From the NCBI GenBank assembly GCA_003344405.1, contig NOWV01000021.1, positions 248,001 to 312,000 on the forward strand: DNA of 64,000 bases, in the 5' to 3' direction. A model generated the notes under the pieces. The model was not told the DNA's origin. It made no database searches and worked only from the letters and a program-made list of their open reading frames with translations. The stretch comes from Trichoplax sp. H2 (Eukaryota). Within the stretch, counting starts at the first letter, position 1. Every line of letters begins with the position of its first letter. Below, in pieces: positions 27,040-41,132 of this stretch. Both the position numbers and the translations under genes were made by a program.

Positions 27040-29448
27040 ATGGAAGCAGAGAATGGTAATTCAACACAAGAAAATACTGGAATGGATGCAAGTACCGAAG
27101 CAGAAAACTTAGATCAAAAGATCATGGATCAGATGGAACTGATAAGGAAAGAGATAGAAGAATCTGTACCGTTACTTAGCCATAAAGAGGACATAGCCTC
27201 ATTGGCTAAAGAATATCCTCCGGACGATGCTATTTACCAAGGCAAAATACGATCATTATATTCCAGTTATCGATGGATAAGGAGAACTCGTCGTGATGGT
27301 AACTGCTTTTATAGAGCTTTTGGTATTTCATTGATGGAAATGCTTAAGCAAAATCCCGATGAATATCATAGGTATGTTGAAACTCCAAGGAGATGACCTG
27401 ATAAGCTAGCTAGTCAAGTAGACATCCTGCACAAATAATATCTTGCTGCAGTTTGAATACAGTTACGATCTGTTGTATAAGCAAGTGCTGGCTGCCACGA
27501 CACTGTGATATTCAATGATATCGAAAATAGAATGCAATAAATAAATTCAATTCAAAAATATTATTCTACTACAAAGCTGTTAACTAGATACTGACTATTA
27601 CTAAATAGAATAACTACATTTATGATATTGTATTGTATCCATCATCCATGAGATACCACATACTCCAATGGACACACTAGTCTACTCATGACGCTTAAAA
27701 ACTTCGCGGAAATACTATGCCAAATAATTCCTTATCCAACCCGATTGTACATTATAAAGTGATGAATATAATTATATAATAGTTAACTGGTATACACTGA
27801 TTCGGGTTATAACCTAGTGTAATCAAGACGGGCATAGAATTACTTGTATTACCTAACATGAGTGGTATTAAAGCGATAAGTTCAAGGTATAGTAGAAGTT
27901 TAACAACTGAGTGATAAATGCTTCATCTATCGTACATTGCGTCGAGTAATACTTGCATAGTATTGAACAAATACGTGCATTATGACACTATATTTTCGTA
28001 TTAAAAATCGTATTGAAATCCTATTGCGCTGACAAAGTGGCTCCGTAATATATCTATGCCGCACTGTACCGTGGACTACCAGAAGAAACCTCTCGGTTTT
28101 CTTCTAAAAATCCATGACTGTACAATTTACATATCAACGCTTAAATAGTTATTTCTTAAATTATTTCCCGAAAATCAATACCATGACTTCATTCATGGCT
28201 TTTAGCTAATTTTTACTTTTAGTCATATAAATTAATTATATGTCGCAAGAGACTATCAACTAAGTAACAATGTATTTATATATCGTATAGATATACGTAC
28301 GAAGTAAAGTGTGCCATTTTTAGCCGTAACTTTTAGGCGCAATCTCCTTATTTCTAGCCAGCTTCATATCTGCTTTAATTTATTTAGGGGCCTGAAATAG
28401 TTTCTTAGATTTACAATCAGTGTAATTAATTAAACTTACATTCTCGCCTGTTTTAAAGTTAAATTGCTCCCTACAGTTGTTACGTTTATTTTGATCTTTA
28501 GTAATATCTGAAATTATATCAATACTTCTGATTTAGAGTTTACAAAGTCATCGAAGAAAGCAAAGACCGATTAATAGAACTTGGCTATCAAGCTTTTATC
28601 ATTGAAGATTTCCATCAAACTGTGAGTAATAAATAATAGGCTAAATATTTTATAAAATCTACTATATTTATAATTTTATATCGACCATAAACATCTTCTT
28701 CTTGAACAGCATTCATATCAAAATGGATATAATATAATGTCAACTTGCTATTCAATCATTCTTCGATGTACCGATTACATCAATTTTCGACTAAATGATA
28801 ATTAAAGACTGTGCCAGCCACATTATCCACTTTTCTTCGACTTTTCCTGCTTACGCAATCATTACATGCAATAGCTCGAATTCCTATGCATTACTGTATA
28901 TCTTCAAATTACATGTAAACAGATATCAGAGTCCAAAAATATGTCAGTTTATACTTGGAGATAAATGTACTAACCGATTTAAAACAAAAGCTGAAATTTA
29001 CTAATGAGTGGCATACTGATTTTTGCTAACTAGAATATTATTTTATCGAAAATAGGTTCTTACTTTGCTAAAGAATGTTCGTAAAGACGATTGCACTAAC
29101 GATGAATTGGTAGAATGGTTTAATGATCGAGATCTATCAAATTACTTCGTCGTCTACTTCAGATTATTGACATCGGCCCATTTAAAGACTAATGCAGAAT
29201 TTTTTGAAAACTTTATAGATGGATATCAATCAGTAAAGGATTTTTGTTCTTACGAAGTTGAGCCTATTGGTAAAGAAAGCGATCACATTCATGCTATCGC
29301 TTTAACAGGATTCCTTAATACGGCTATTGAGATTGTATACTTGAACCATACGGATGATGATCTTTCCAAACATCGATTTCCGGAACATTCCGCTCCACAG
29401 TTTACTTTACTGTATCGCCCTGGCCATTATGACGTCCTGTACAAATAA
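27040..29448 (+). CDS. OTUB1: Otubain deubiquitinase (peptidase C65), 3 exons
   Basis: Exons 27040-27371, 28537-28621 and 29056-29448. Catalytic motifs RRDGNCFYRA and LLYRPGHYD; also EVEPIGKESDHIH. Confidence 0.93.
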
Positions 29449-31401
29449 GATGTCCGTACTGTAATTTGTATAAATGGATTTTAAACTCTACCGTTGTATC
29501 AAGAAGTTTATGACACTGATAAGATCACTTGAGGAGTCTACCCCACTAAAATCTATGAGACATTTTACTGCTATTGGGAAAAATTGGGGGCTGATAAATT
29601 GAGCACATGTGGGCATACTTAATGTCACATAAAATTCGAATTATGACTAATATATTTCTTCCCTCATATAATCACGACTTATTGATAGCACTAATATTTG
29701 TTCCGATTGTTTTATTTCTTTTTCTGCTATATTAATTAAGATTTGATTATTAATCCGATCAACGCTGTGGCTAGAGTTACGGCGTATTACCGACTGTTAG
29801 CACTGGAAGGAAACGTCGAACGTTACTGTGCGTAGACTTGTTGTTATTATATTATTAATTGTTGAAATTTCTTAAGGTTGTGTTATACACGTTTGATACT
29901 ACGTTTTCAATAAATATTAAGTAACTATTAGCGGTTACGTTCCTTTACTTAAGATGCTATATCCATTAATCGAACGGTAGCGAACTAGAAATCATAAAAA
30001 GATACTTATCTACAAATTATCAGATTACCGATAAGCTTATTCCCGACAATATAGCACTCAATCCTATTATATTTTCTGAAATATTGATAAATTTCACATT
30101 ATATGTAATCAAAAAATTTATCCATTCAGCTAAATTTCGATTAGCTTAACCATTGATCTATTATAAGAAATTAAAGTAGGAGATAACAACAGAATAAGGT
30201 CTGATGGCACGAATTGTCACTTTACATTATTAATACGTATTTTGGGTATTTATGTAGTGCTTAATTTCACACAGATTCCGCTTGCTATTATACAGTAAAT
30301 TCACTCTATAAGCTTCAATTCTCTACTCAAGTTCCGTATGTCTGTAATATGCGTACATCATGGTGCAATTGCAACGCCAGCTGAATATGGATTGCGTAAT
30401 AGATCGCTTTTAAAATTAGTAAGATTATAGTCCGATAAACTGTAATCGGTATTACTACGAACCATTAATTTTTACTGGTACAAAGGTCCGCGAACAGCTT
30501 TCATTTAAAATCTTGTCAATATGTTTTACATTATAATAAGAAAATTATGCAAACTTTTGCAGACTTTACCTTATGATGCTAAATAGGGATGTTACGCTTA
30601 GAGTGTGGCTAGTAAATCGAATATACGTATTTTATAATCTCACATGCAACGCATACTGCCTTTACCTTATAAAGCTATAAACCTGTAACCACAGAAATCT
30701 TGGCACATAACAAATTTATTGATCAATGAGCCTTCATACAATACTGCATCAAATACACATTACTTCTCATTGATAAGATAGAGACAAAATTTGAGGATAA
30801 ATTATAATAATTATCATCGCCGAGCGATCAGATACTTATCTATTAAATATTATTGCAAGAAATTTTAGGAGTTTAACATTAATTTAAATTGGTACTGTTG
30901 TCGTTATCGACAATAAACTATTCTTAACCCTGTACGAGGCTATCTTCAGTGTACAATATTCGTCCTTATTCCAAATACTTATCGGAATGGAAGTAGTATC
31001 TTATTGATGCTCCTGAAAGAAAAATTTAAAGCACAAGCAATAATTTATCCCTAAAAATTGTAATGTACGCCATCAGCATTAGTCATCGTTGTATTTATTT
31101 TTAATACTGATGTACAGGATTTACGTATCTTCGGTATGGCTATAATATAGTTTAATTGCATAGCTATGGGCTATAGGACACAAGAATTGTTAAAAATGAC
31201 TGCATGGAGCAAGCATTCAATAAAATTACTTAACTATTTCAAGATGGAGTAAAAATAGGAAAAAGCAAATGAGGAATAAAATATGCAATTCGATGTATTC
31301 AGCAATAACATAACTTTTGGCAGAAAGATAAAAGTGAAAAGGCTACTGTATTAAGATGCTAATGATATCAGTTTTAATCTTCATCATATTTCGCTGAGAT
31401 T

Positions 31402-34400
31402 TTATTTCTTCTTCAATGAGGTGTAAGCATAATATTCTTCTTCTTCAGCTTGATTATGTAACTTGCCTTTACGTAGTAAAGCGTTATAAACTGCTATGAT
31501 AACCATGAGATTTAATATACCAACAATGACAATAGTAAATTCATAAGAAAGATCAGTAACCTTGCTTGTTAATAATAATTGATTTCTACGATGAGTGAAA
31601 TCACTCATGATACCTTTTATGAATGCATCATTGCCAAATGCTAAAAAAATATGAAGCCATTGATGACTATGGCCGATTATATCAAACTGACCAGGTGCTA
31701 GGCGTTCTGGTAGCCTAGCAATATTGCTCACAAATGACATAGCGTACCAAAACCAGTTGAGATAATAATAGCGTAAGGCTTCAGGATTGCAAGCATCAAC
31801 AGGACATGAGGAAATGCGATAGAATAACGGGAGAGCATTGTAAAAGTAAGGTACCGTAAACGCTAAAGTACGAATTAGGTAGCGAAATCTTAACCATTTA
31901 TGTCTAGATATGCACGTGAGGAGACATATAACGTTAGATATCACTACAGAAATAGATAAGAACAATATTCTATGACGATAGAACCAATCGCTGTCTGCTT
32001 CGAGCGCAGGTCTGGCGTAAAACAAGAAAGAAAATCCTCCACATATAGAATATAAGCAAATACCAGCGTAGTCTATGTAGTAACAGGTATGGCGGACATT
32101 TGCTGACAGGCAACAAAATAAGTGTGCTACACTACTAAAGCCAAGGAAGCCACATGAACCAATCGCGGTAATGATTATTCCGCGTACGTATGGGTCCGAT
32201 ATATCATTCTTTAAGAAAAATTGCACATAATTAAAAGCGAAATATAAGCAGGGGATGAGATGCGTCCATACATTTAAAGTTTCATTTGTCCGTTGAAATA
32301 AAGACCTGAAGATAAAAAATTTATTGTTGCTGTTAATATAATGCATACGAGTACCCGTATATACGTATTGCATGAATAAGCATACGATCAATCATAGAAT
32401 ATTAAGATATACGAATACCTTACTCGTGTGTGTATTTTACCGTACGATATACGCATTAAGTAAGATATTAAATAAACAACACTATAATTTTACAGCATTA
32501 CACTAAATATTGAATTAGAATATTGAATTAGAATCTCCATTGTAAATTTAATTATAGTTTATTAGCCTGGCGTAATTTTACTGTACTGTACATCAAGGCA
32601 GAGCTCCCAGTCGTTTCAAAGCCAATAAAATTCTAAATAATGAAATTAAATTATCAACTGCTTAATTATCGTAATGTAAAATTGCACGTACTCACCTACA
32701 GTTTTATCACCTACCCTCAAAAACTGAAATACACTAACTAATGAACGTATAGGAGTGTAATGTAAATACTTATACTAGCAACTGAGCTAAACCAAAATAT
32801 GGTAAATTACTACAATTATTTTGATTGGTATTTTAAGCCAAGCTCAGTTCAAATATCAACATTTCAATGAAAACTTGATTTTGATTCACTGATTACCTAT
32901 GTTTCTGGGATTAAATAATACTACATGATATGAATTGAATGCTATACGTGCCAATGGTAATCTAACACACACCATACTTCGCAAACAGCGATATACTCGT
33001 AGTATTAATCAAACTTTGTGCGTTATATCTTACCGTATCTGCTGCAAATAGCATTTAAGCAATATTATAGCATACTGTATAATGGTACACGCTACATTTA
33101 TCCTTAAATAATTGTAAAATTGTCATTTTATTCATAATATGTAAAGTATTCAAACGACAGCTATAAATATTCTTTCCTGGTGCACCATTAAGTATTAGCG
33201 TATTAAGGACTTTTTTTCATTTATAAAAATAGTTTACCCAACTACGGGCACGGACTGCTAGAGAGATTTCATTGAAGGAATATCTCTAAATTAATTTCTG
33301 ACTATAGCTGTACACTGTACAACATACAGTATGCCTTACATGCAAAAGGATGTAGAGCATCAGTAACCAATCCTCCATATATAATATACTGCACATTAAA
33401 TAGGGAACAATACCAAATACTCGAATAGTTTAATGATTGAAATACTTAATTGATGTCATCACGTAATTTATAAACTAATTATTTAATCTAATGACTGATC
33501 CAGTCATGGAAGCATATGAGAGCCCACTACCAATATATAATTAATCATTACTTTTAATACCTATTCAGTTTCGTCAAAGATAAGAGAACCTAATTCAAAA
33601 TTTGGCATGAAAAAGTAACTGTAGTGACACTAAAGACCCTAAAAAGTAATATTTTTGCCGGTCTAAGCTATGCTAAAGCTGTACTCTTTTAAAGAAATAT
33701 TCTCCTTTAGTATCATAAGTACGTACTATGTAGTAGTATTAACAAATCATACTTGTATTTTATATATATTGTGTACAATTATAAGTGCCACAATAAAGGA
33801 AATTTCTATTATAGAAATGACAATGAGTACTAAATCTTAAATCCAGTTGATTTCATCTGTCAATCTTTGAAGATCTACGCACCGCGAGCGAAATTAGAAT
33901 GCATATTGTAGTAAATATTAATATACTACTGCAAGTGAAGCCGTCTAGTCAAAGCTCCAGTACATGTAATATTTAATCAAAGTTTACTGTAAATACTACA
34001 AGACAATCCTACGCGTACAAGGAAAAAAAATTGAATGATTCTAATTATTATACGAGTAATTGCATACCGTATTATAAAAAAAAAAAATAGGTAATGATCA
34101 TTTGAAAGAGAATAAGGACGCAACTTGTAAGGATATAAAATCACTCAGACTACTTAGTAATGCGTGTTTAAGGGTCAGTTTAATATTGATGGTAAGAGAT
34201 TTAAAAAGTGGCATGTATACTGCACAGTATTTCAATATCATAGCATTAGCCATTAGTTGGCTCTTTTAGGAAATTTGTCCATCAATAAAAATTCTTCATT
34301 TCCTAACACGTGTTTCTACAACTCTCACCGAAAGCAAACTGAAAGGTCTGAGAATAACGGGCGATATCCAGATAGTATATACGGTTCTCGATAGAAACTT

Positions 34401-34486
34401 GGAATTTGTTTTGCTGTCAATAGCTTTTGATGAAAGGTTTTCTTGTTATCTCGATGACAAGTTGATCTTGCGATTGGTGCACCCAT
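31402..34486 (-). CDS. PAQR family (membrane progestin receptor-like, HlyIII) protein, copy A, ~353 aa
   Basis: Exons 34329-34486 and 31402-32305. Motifs EPYILSGYR, NETLNVWTH, SSVAHLF, DYAGI and PERLAPGQFDIIGHSHQWLH, with multiple hydrophobic helices. Confidence 0.92.
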
Positions 34487-36823
34487 AGCGCAATGTTGAT
34501 TCTCCTTCAATAATGATAATTACAACAGCAATTTCATATAGACGATCCTCAATGGAATAAAATCCTATACGAATATATCAACAAACTGTAAGTGAAGATC
34601 TCTCTTCAAACAATATTAGTTGGATGATCCAATCGCAGGATCAATCGCCCAGAGGTGCACTCAAAATCGGCTCAAGTTGCTGCAACCCAAGATGAAATTG
34701 AATGGAAGCTGGCGAGGTCACTAAGGTTTATGTAAATCTCTGCTATGATACCAACTGAACAGCCAGCACAGTGCAGTACAGTACACTCAGTTGCCGTTGT
34801 TTTACTCACTCTGCAGTGCTCATACTGTACAGTACTATAGACGTCTTGGAAGGATAAACTATGAAAAGGCAATGTGTAGAATACTATACTGTACACTGTA
34901 CAGCACTGTACTCCAGTTGTAGTGTACACTATATAAACTAAACTAAACTGACTTTTATTTAATTAAGGCTGGACAAGGAGATGAACAACGCTTCAAAATC
35001 AAAATCAAATTGAACTTGTATAGAATCAGTCTTGAGTCTACAATCAAGACAACTCGTAGATACTGTATACTGAAAGTTGGATTCCATTTTGACTATTTTT
35101 ATAAAATATGAGAGTGCATAACTGCACATCCTAATAAAGAATAGAAGTACGGGACGCCAACGACTCTTTCTTCTCATTGGCCAGTGTCTTATTACGTCAG
35201 TTCCATACAGAAAGCCCCCCTTGTCTCTGTGGTCAGTTCAGTTCGTATTTTCCACAGAATTAATCCAAAAAATAACATAGTTTTTATCAAAATGCAAATT
35301 AAGTCAAAAACCACTAGAATCTCACACAAGATACTACAACACCACTGTCGAACTAAGAAACGACTCAATTTTCCCCTTAGCAGTCTTTAGATAGTCTTCA
35401 ATTTCACTCGAATAATTTCACTCGACTTGTTACTTCCCAGTTACATAAAGCCTTAGAGAAAGTGGTTAAGTAAAGTAGTACCATCGACAAGAAAATGATC
35501 TATGCATACATTCGAATAATCGAGCTACTACAACTAAGTCTATCGAGATTTGTTATTCACAAATTACATACAAACTTAAAAGATAACACCTAAATTAGAG
35601 TTTGTAGAACAATAATTCATTGTTACAATAATTTTAATGTCGAATGTATAATCATAAAAAGTAATGTGATCAGCATTCTAATGGATGTGTTTCCATATGG
35701 TTTGACCTGTCTACTATCCTTTCATTTTAAAAGATTTCTGTGAAGTTGATCTTTATTATGAGGTTTTGCAGCAAGAACATCATTTGGTTGGGATAGGAAT
35801 ACATTTAATGCGGTAATATACCGTTATTTATATGCAATACTTGTAGGTATGATGGGAGTGTAGATTAGATCATCTCATGCCCGGAAAATATTTTACCAAA
35901 AAAAGTAGTGATACATTATCCGACCTTTTCGCTATGTTTATTAGGTATTGTAGTTCATATTCAATTCATTTCTGATTGATAGTTCAATCCACTTTTTATG
36001 AACTCATCAAATTGGAACGGCGAATATCTGTACTAAATGCATCAAAATTGGGTCCGCAACGACCAAAGAATCACTGCTATCACTTAACTATGGCTATAAT
36101 CTCATATTTTATCATCTTATTTTCGTTTGAAAATTTAGAAAGATTGATACTACTCTTACTCAATAGGCTATATGTTTTCAGTGTTCAATTTATCGGATAA
36201 ATATTTTTCATATCTATCAATATGGCTTTTAAATTATGACTACGACGACACTTTTACAGTAGCATAGCTACATGTTGATAATAGTTTAATTTTTTATTGT
36301 CTAACTGTAAACAAATCAATGATGATTGTTGTACGTGGTAAGATGTATTTTCTTTATTAATCAGTCGGAAAATTGTAAAAATGGCAAACCTCCCACTACT
36401 ATAAGTGTGGTAATAACAGTCATTGAAACATAGTTGTAAATATTTCCTATCAAAGCTACCCTTTATTATAAAATAGTAATATTGACTTATAAAAACATTT
36501 TACGTCGTTAAGCTTAGAGCAGCACGTATGTGGCTTCGCGTAATGCTATAAAAATAAAAGATACATACCAAAAATAACGAGCAAGAGGTCCTAGTAAATA
36601 AAAAGTGATATATTTACCACAATATAGCAACCATATAATTATGAAATATCCGGTAACCTAGCACCGGAAAATTTTCAAATAAGTTACTATAAAGAAAGAT
36701 TAAAATAATAAATGATTCTCTATGGCTAACTGAGTTCTGATACATTGTACTTTGTCTTTGAGATTGGGTCATTAGTGGTACTATCCATTGGTATCCATCC
36801 TTTACAACGTTATATCACAGCTA

Positions 36824-38173
36824 TTAATCCATTTTGGCATGCCTAGCTAGTTTGTAGCTACAAATACTAACTATCAATGCATTCAAAAGAATTGCAAGCA
36901 TCATTGATCCAATGGTTATAAAGAAACTTGGCGCATCAGACGGCATGTACTTTGGCCTACATGCATTTACATCAAATTCCAAAGAATTTATTTGCTCCAC
37001 AGTTCCTAAACTTAAAAATACATGAAACCATTGATGGCTATGACCAATGACATCAAATTTTCCAGGAGCAAATTTCTCAGGAATTTTGAAAACATAAGCG
37101 GTAATTGCTGCTACATACCACGACCATTGGCGAACAAGATGAGTTGCTGAAGGCAATTGATTTTGCCAAAAGAGCCACAAGCTTGGACTTGTATTGAATA
37201 TTAAGTTAATTGCAAAAGCTCCTGTTCTTATGACCGCTCCTGTTGACCTCCAATAATGTCTTGAAATACACGATACTAAACAAACACTTAAAGATACACC
37301 AAATGATAATGTCGTGAAGGCAATTTGTGACAATGGGTAATTATTGGTCGGCGCGTTTGGTAATACGTATAGATTATAGTAAGTAATTCCAGCACCCATA
37401 GCATAAATACAAATACCAGAATAGTCGATGTAGAAACATGTATGACGATATTTTATGGACATTGAACAAAACAAGTGTGCAATACTGCTGGCCAAATGAT
37501 AGAATATGATGCCAATGTAATTTGGCATGAAAGGATAATATTGAAATTCGAAACAGCCGCTATCATTATTTGAATAGAATTGAATGGCTCTATTCAAAAA
37601 GTAAATAATTGGTAGGAAATGCGTCCAAACATTTAAAGTTTCGTTGCTAGCTCGAATTAACGATCTGCAAAATGATCATAGCAATGAAGAATAAGTTTAC
37701 AAATCTTTGAATGCATAGCCTACAACAACGTACATTAAAGAATATCAAATGGATATCATGATTGATTTAAAAATGTCAAGCACTTAAAGATGCAAGTACA
37801 GTACAGTCAATTCGAGGTTATTTTCTACAGTTAATACACGTAAACTAAGCTATGCTTGTATGCCCATAGCTTCATCGCTATTATACTGTATTTGATCTGA
37901 CTACTTAGTTTTTTACCTATCATACAGTATCCTAGTTGATGTCATATTATGACACTACAATAAAAAGAGTACTGTTAATTACCCTTTATTCCACGAGATA
38001 TATTACAAAGTTGTAGAAATTTTATGAATAAATTACCTTAAGCAGCTCTTGCAAGTAGAGCATGGTTCACGATAACCAGTTAAAATATAAGGTTCACGGT
38101 ATTGAGTTGGCATTTGATGGACTGGTAAATAAGAAATGCTGTTTGATTTCCTCATTTCAGTCATGTTCACCAT
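36824..38173 (-). CDS. PAQR family (membrane progestin receptor-like) protein, copy B, ~325 aa
   Basis: Exons 38037-38173 and 36824-37664. Motifs EPYILTGYR, NETLNVWTH, SSIAHLF, DYSGI and PEKFAPGKFDVIGHSHQWFH. The intron has the same position and phase as in copy A. Confidence 0.92.
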
Positions 38174-38870
38174 CTGCCGTTGGAATCGTTAAAATCAAAC
38201 AAGATTGGGTCAATTTTCGTTTAAAATAGGATACGGCAGTACTACAAATAGAGCTTGAGTTTTCAAGGAGGTAATAGGATGATGATAGCACTCGCAGACT
38301 AATTTCAATCTACAGAATTTATATAAGCAAGGCATGAATAAGTTTCGAAATTTTATCGGTCATTGCATTGAGATAAAATGTAGAAGTTACAAGGAGTAAG
38401 GATGAGCAAACCTTATACCAATATTAGCACTTTCAAAGAGAACTGCATCCTCCTTGAAATTTTAATTTTTACGCCTAACCCCAGTTGAATATTTGCAAGA
38501 CAGTTTATAAAGGCACATTGGATTGAAACATAAGAAAGACAAATGATCAAGAGTATGCTGTCATTACATTTAACAAAACAAACAAGCAGGATCCAATTTT
38601 TCAATTTTAACCACAGTATAAGAATAGAGTTTAGGATTACCAATAACGCCCAAGCTACTCGAATGGCTTGGCTTAAAATGATACTCGTCTATCTCGTCGA
38701 TGAAGTTGATTTTAAAGGGTTAACCACACGCGCCGGTAAGAAAGCACCGAGATCATTGGCCTATTTACAGTTAATTAATACCGAGGTCATCATACTGCCT
38801 AATGGAGTATCATCTGAGGAAGGTTCATGACAGATCTGTGACCCCTATCGATTTAGTCTCTGTAGACAGT

Positions 38871-38902
38871 CTCGATGCCTAGTTGTCTGACTAGGCATCG
38901 AG
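38871..38902. repeat. Perfect 13-bp hairpin with 6-nt loop
   Basis: CTCGATGCCTAGT-TGTCTG-ACTAGGCATCGAG. Confidence 0.9.
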
Positions 38903-39285
38903 TTTAATAACTGCTTCTCTCTGATTGACTTTACGTTGCCATGGCAGCATCTCTATCATGATGGATCCTATAGTAGTAATTCTACTACTAACAACAGTAT
39001 AGTGCGGTACTCAAATAGATTCAATGATTTACTTATTGATTCTAATGAATTCATTATTAAATTAAAAGGTAAATCAAAGGTGCGATCTTTTTACGAAGCT
39101 TTCTCCAGCGCGCTTCTCGTCCATGTACAATGTACACTGAACACTATACACTATACAGTACTGTACGCGTCCTATCACAGTGTCAACATGGTAGTCCAAA
39201 TTTCAATACTAATCATGATAAATACGAGTCAATATTAAAATTTGAAAAATCAATGGTGAGATCGATCACTGTCAGCGAGTTCGAC

Positions 39286-40197
39286 AGTACTATTTTTTAG
39301 AGATTTCTAATAAGAGTAAACCTTCAAAGTCTCTGGTATACTGTATCATTTGTTCTTTGAGTAATCCTTGATTAACTAATTAACAATCGAATGAAGACTT
39401 ACTTATAGTCGCGAGTACTAGCAGCACACGCCCCTTTCTAACTTACAATCTACAACTGTACTAGGAACTTCGAAGAGGAATTAGGGACTGAAGTCTCGCT
39501 ACGCTACTCAAAGCGTAACAAATGTGGAGGCCATTACTCTAAATGGGTACAGTAAAGAGTAGTGTCAAAAATAATGTGAAATTGTTTGTAGACGCCTGGT
39601 AATAGTTAGTAATACGAAGGACCTTAAAAAGTTAACCCGAAACCTGACTTGCACTCGGATTCGAGAGAGGGATTCGGCTTAAGTAATTCTATTCTGATAC
39701 AGTATACTGTACAGTATACTGTTTACTGGCATACTATTTTTTTTAGGAAATTCTAATAAGAGCAAACCTTCAAAGTCCCTGGTATACTGTATCATTCCTT
39801 CCTTTAGTAGCCGTTGATTTAGTCATTAGCAATCGAATGAAGACTTATTTGTAGTCCCTAGTACTTATAGCACACGCCCCTTTCTCACTTAGACAATTTA
39901 CAACGGTAGCAGGGACTGCTAAAAGATAGAAAATCTCTTTCTCAGGACTGTCTGACAGTAGTTAGGGACTTCTGAGAGGAATTAAGGACTGAAATCTCAC
40001 TACTCAAAGTGTAACAAATAAGGAGGCCATTACTCGAAATGACTACAGCGTAGAGTGGTGTCCAAAATGATGTGGAATTGTTTGCAGACGCCTAGTAATA
40101 GCTAGTACGAAAGACCTTAAAAAGCCAAGCCGAAACCCGACTTTGAATTCGGACTCGAAGGAGAGATTCGTCTTGAGTAATTCTTTTCTGATACAGT
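39286..40197. repeat. Diverged tandem duplication, ~420/465-bp units, between the divergent PAQR-B and EXOC5 genes
   Basis: Copy 1 is ~39286-39703 and copy 2 is ~39731-40197. Shared blocks include TTCTAATAAGAG, CAATCGAATGAAGACTTA, AGCACACGCCCCTTTCT and GGAGGCCATTACTC. Copy 2 has an extra ~50 bp near 39910-39965. Confidence 0.9.
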
Positions 40198-41132
40198 GTT
40201 TGTATAGCGATTGGACTCATTTCGGGTTCCAAAATCAACCGTTTGATCGGGTTTTACAGCATCGGGTTGTTACTGTATACACTCGTCAGGGGCTAGTAGG
40301 ACAGACGGCAAGACAGATGCTGAGATCACATCTGCCTCAGAAGTCCCTGGTACAGTACTGTACTACAAAATACTGTATTCAAATGTGTAAAATAGATATC
40401 GCTTAAAATGCGTTTACTGAAATCATCAAGTTACGACAAGGAGACTACTCGAAATCACTTTAGTAATCCATCGCTCAGCCACAGGTTATAGAAAAATAGT
40501 ATATATCTACTTGTACACTCACTCAAATGTACAGTACAGTGCTGTGGTTAGAGTTGATAATACTATACTGTCTACTGTCCATACAGTACTCTACGTTTGC
40601 AAAATGTGGACCCTTAAAAGAGGACAACGATATCACCTAATCACCAGCCTCCGGTAGCGACAGATATTTTGCACCATAGACTCTTATGGCTGACAAAATA
40701 CTAAACGGAAGGACAGAAAGACAAGGGGTGTCATGATTTCGTGCCCAGACTGTAGTGGGCTACTACTACTCCAGTATGGGTAGACTGTCCAGTGTTGTCA
40801 AGGAGAAAAAAGGCTCAGGCCCATCTCCAACTTTGGGATTTCACTTCGCCATTCCAATCATCCAAACACGACAGTACTAGACGACAGATTTCAACTGGAG
40901 ATTGATTCCTCAATTATTCTATAACATCCAATCGAAAACTTTGGATTATGCTAGCTGCAAAGTGTAAGTCATGATGATTTAGTAGCATGCTTGCAAAGTA
41001 TTTTTTGATATGCTGCTTAGAAGTAGGACAGGCAGCAACTTTTCAACAGGTTTAAATTGCATCATGTAAAATGGATTCAATCGTCTTTTCCAACTTTCTA
41101 GAGTGCACCTAAAAACTTAAGAAATCGCAATA

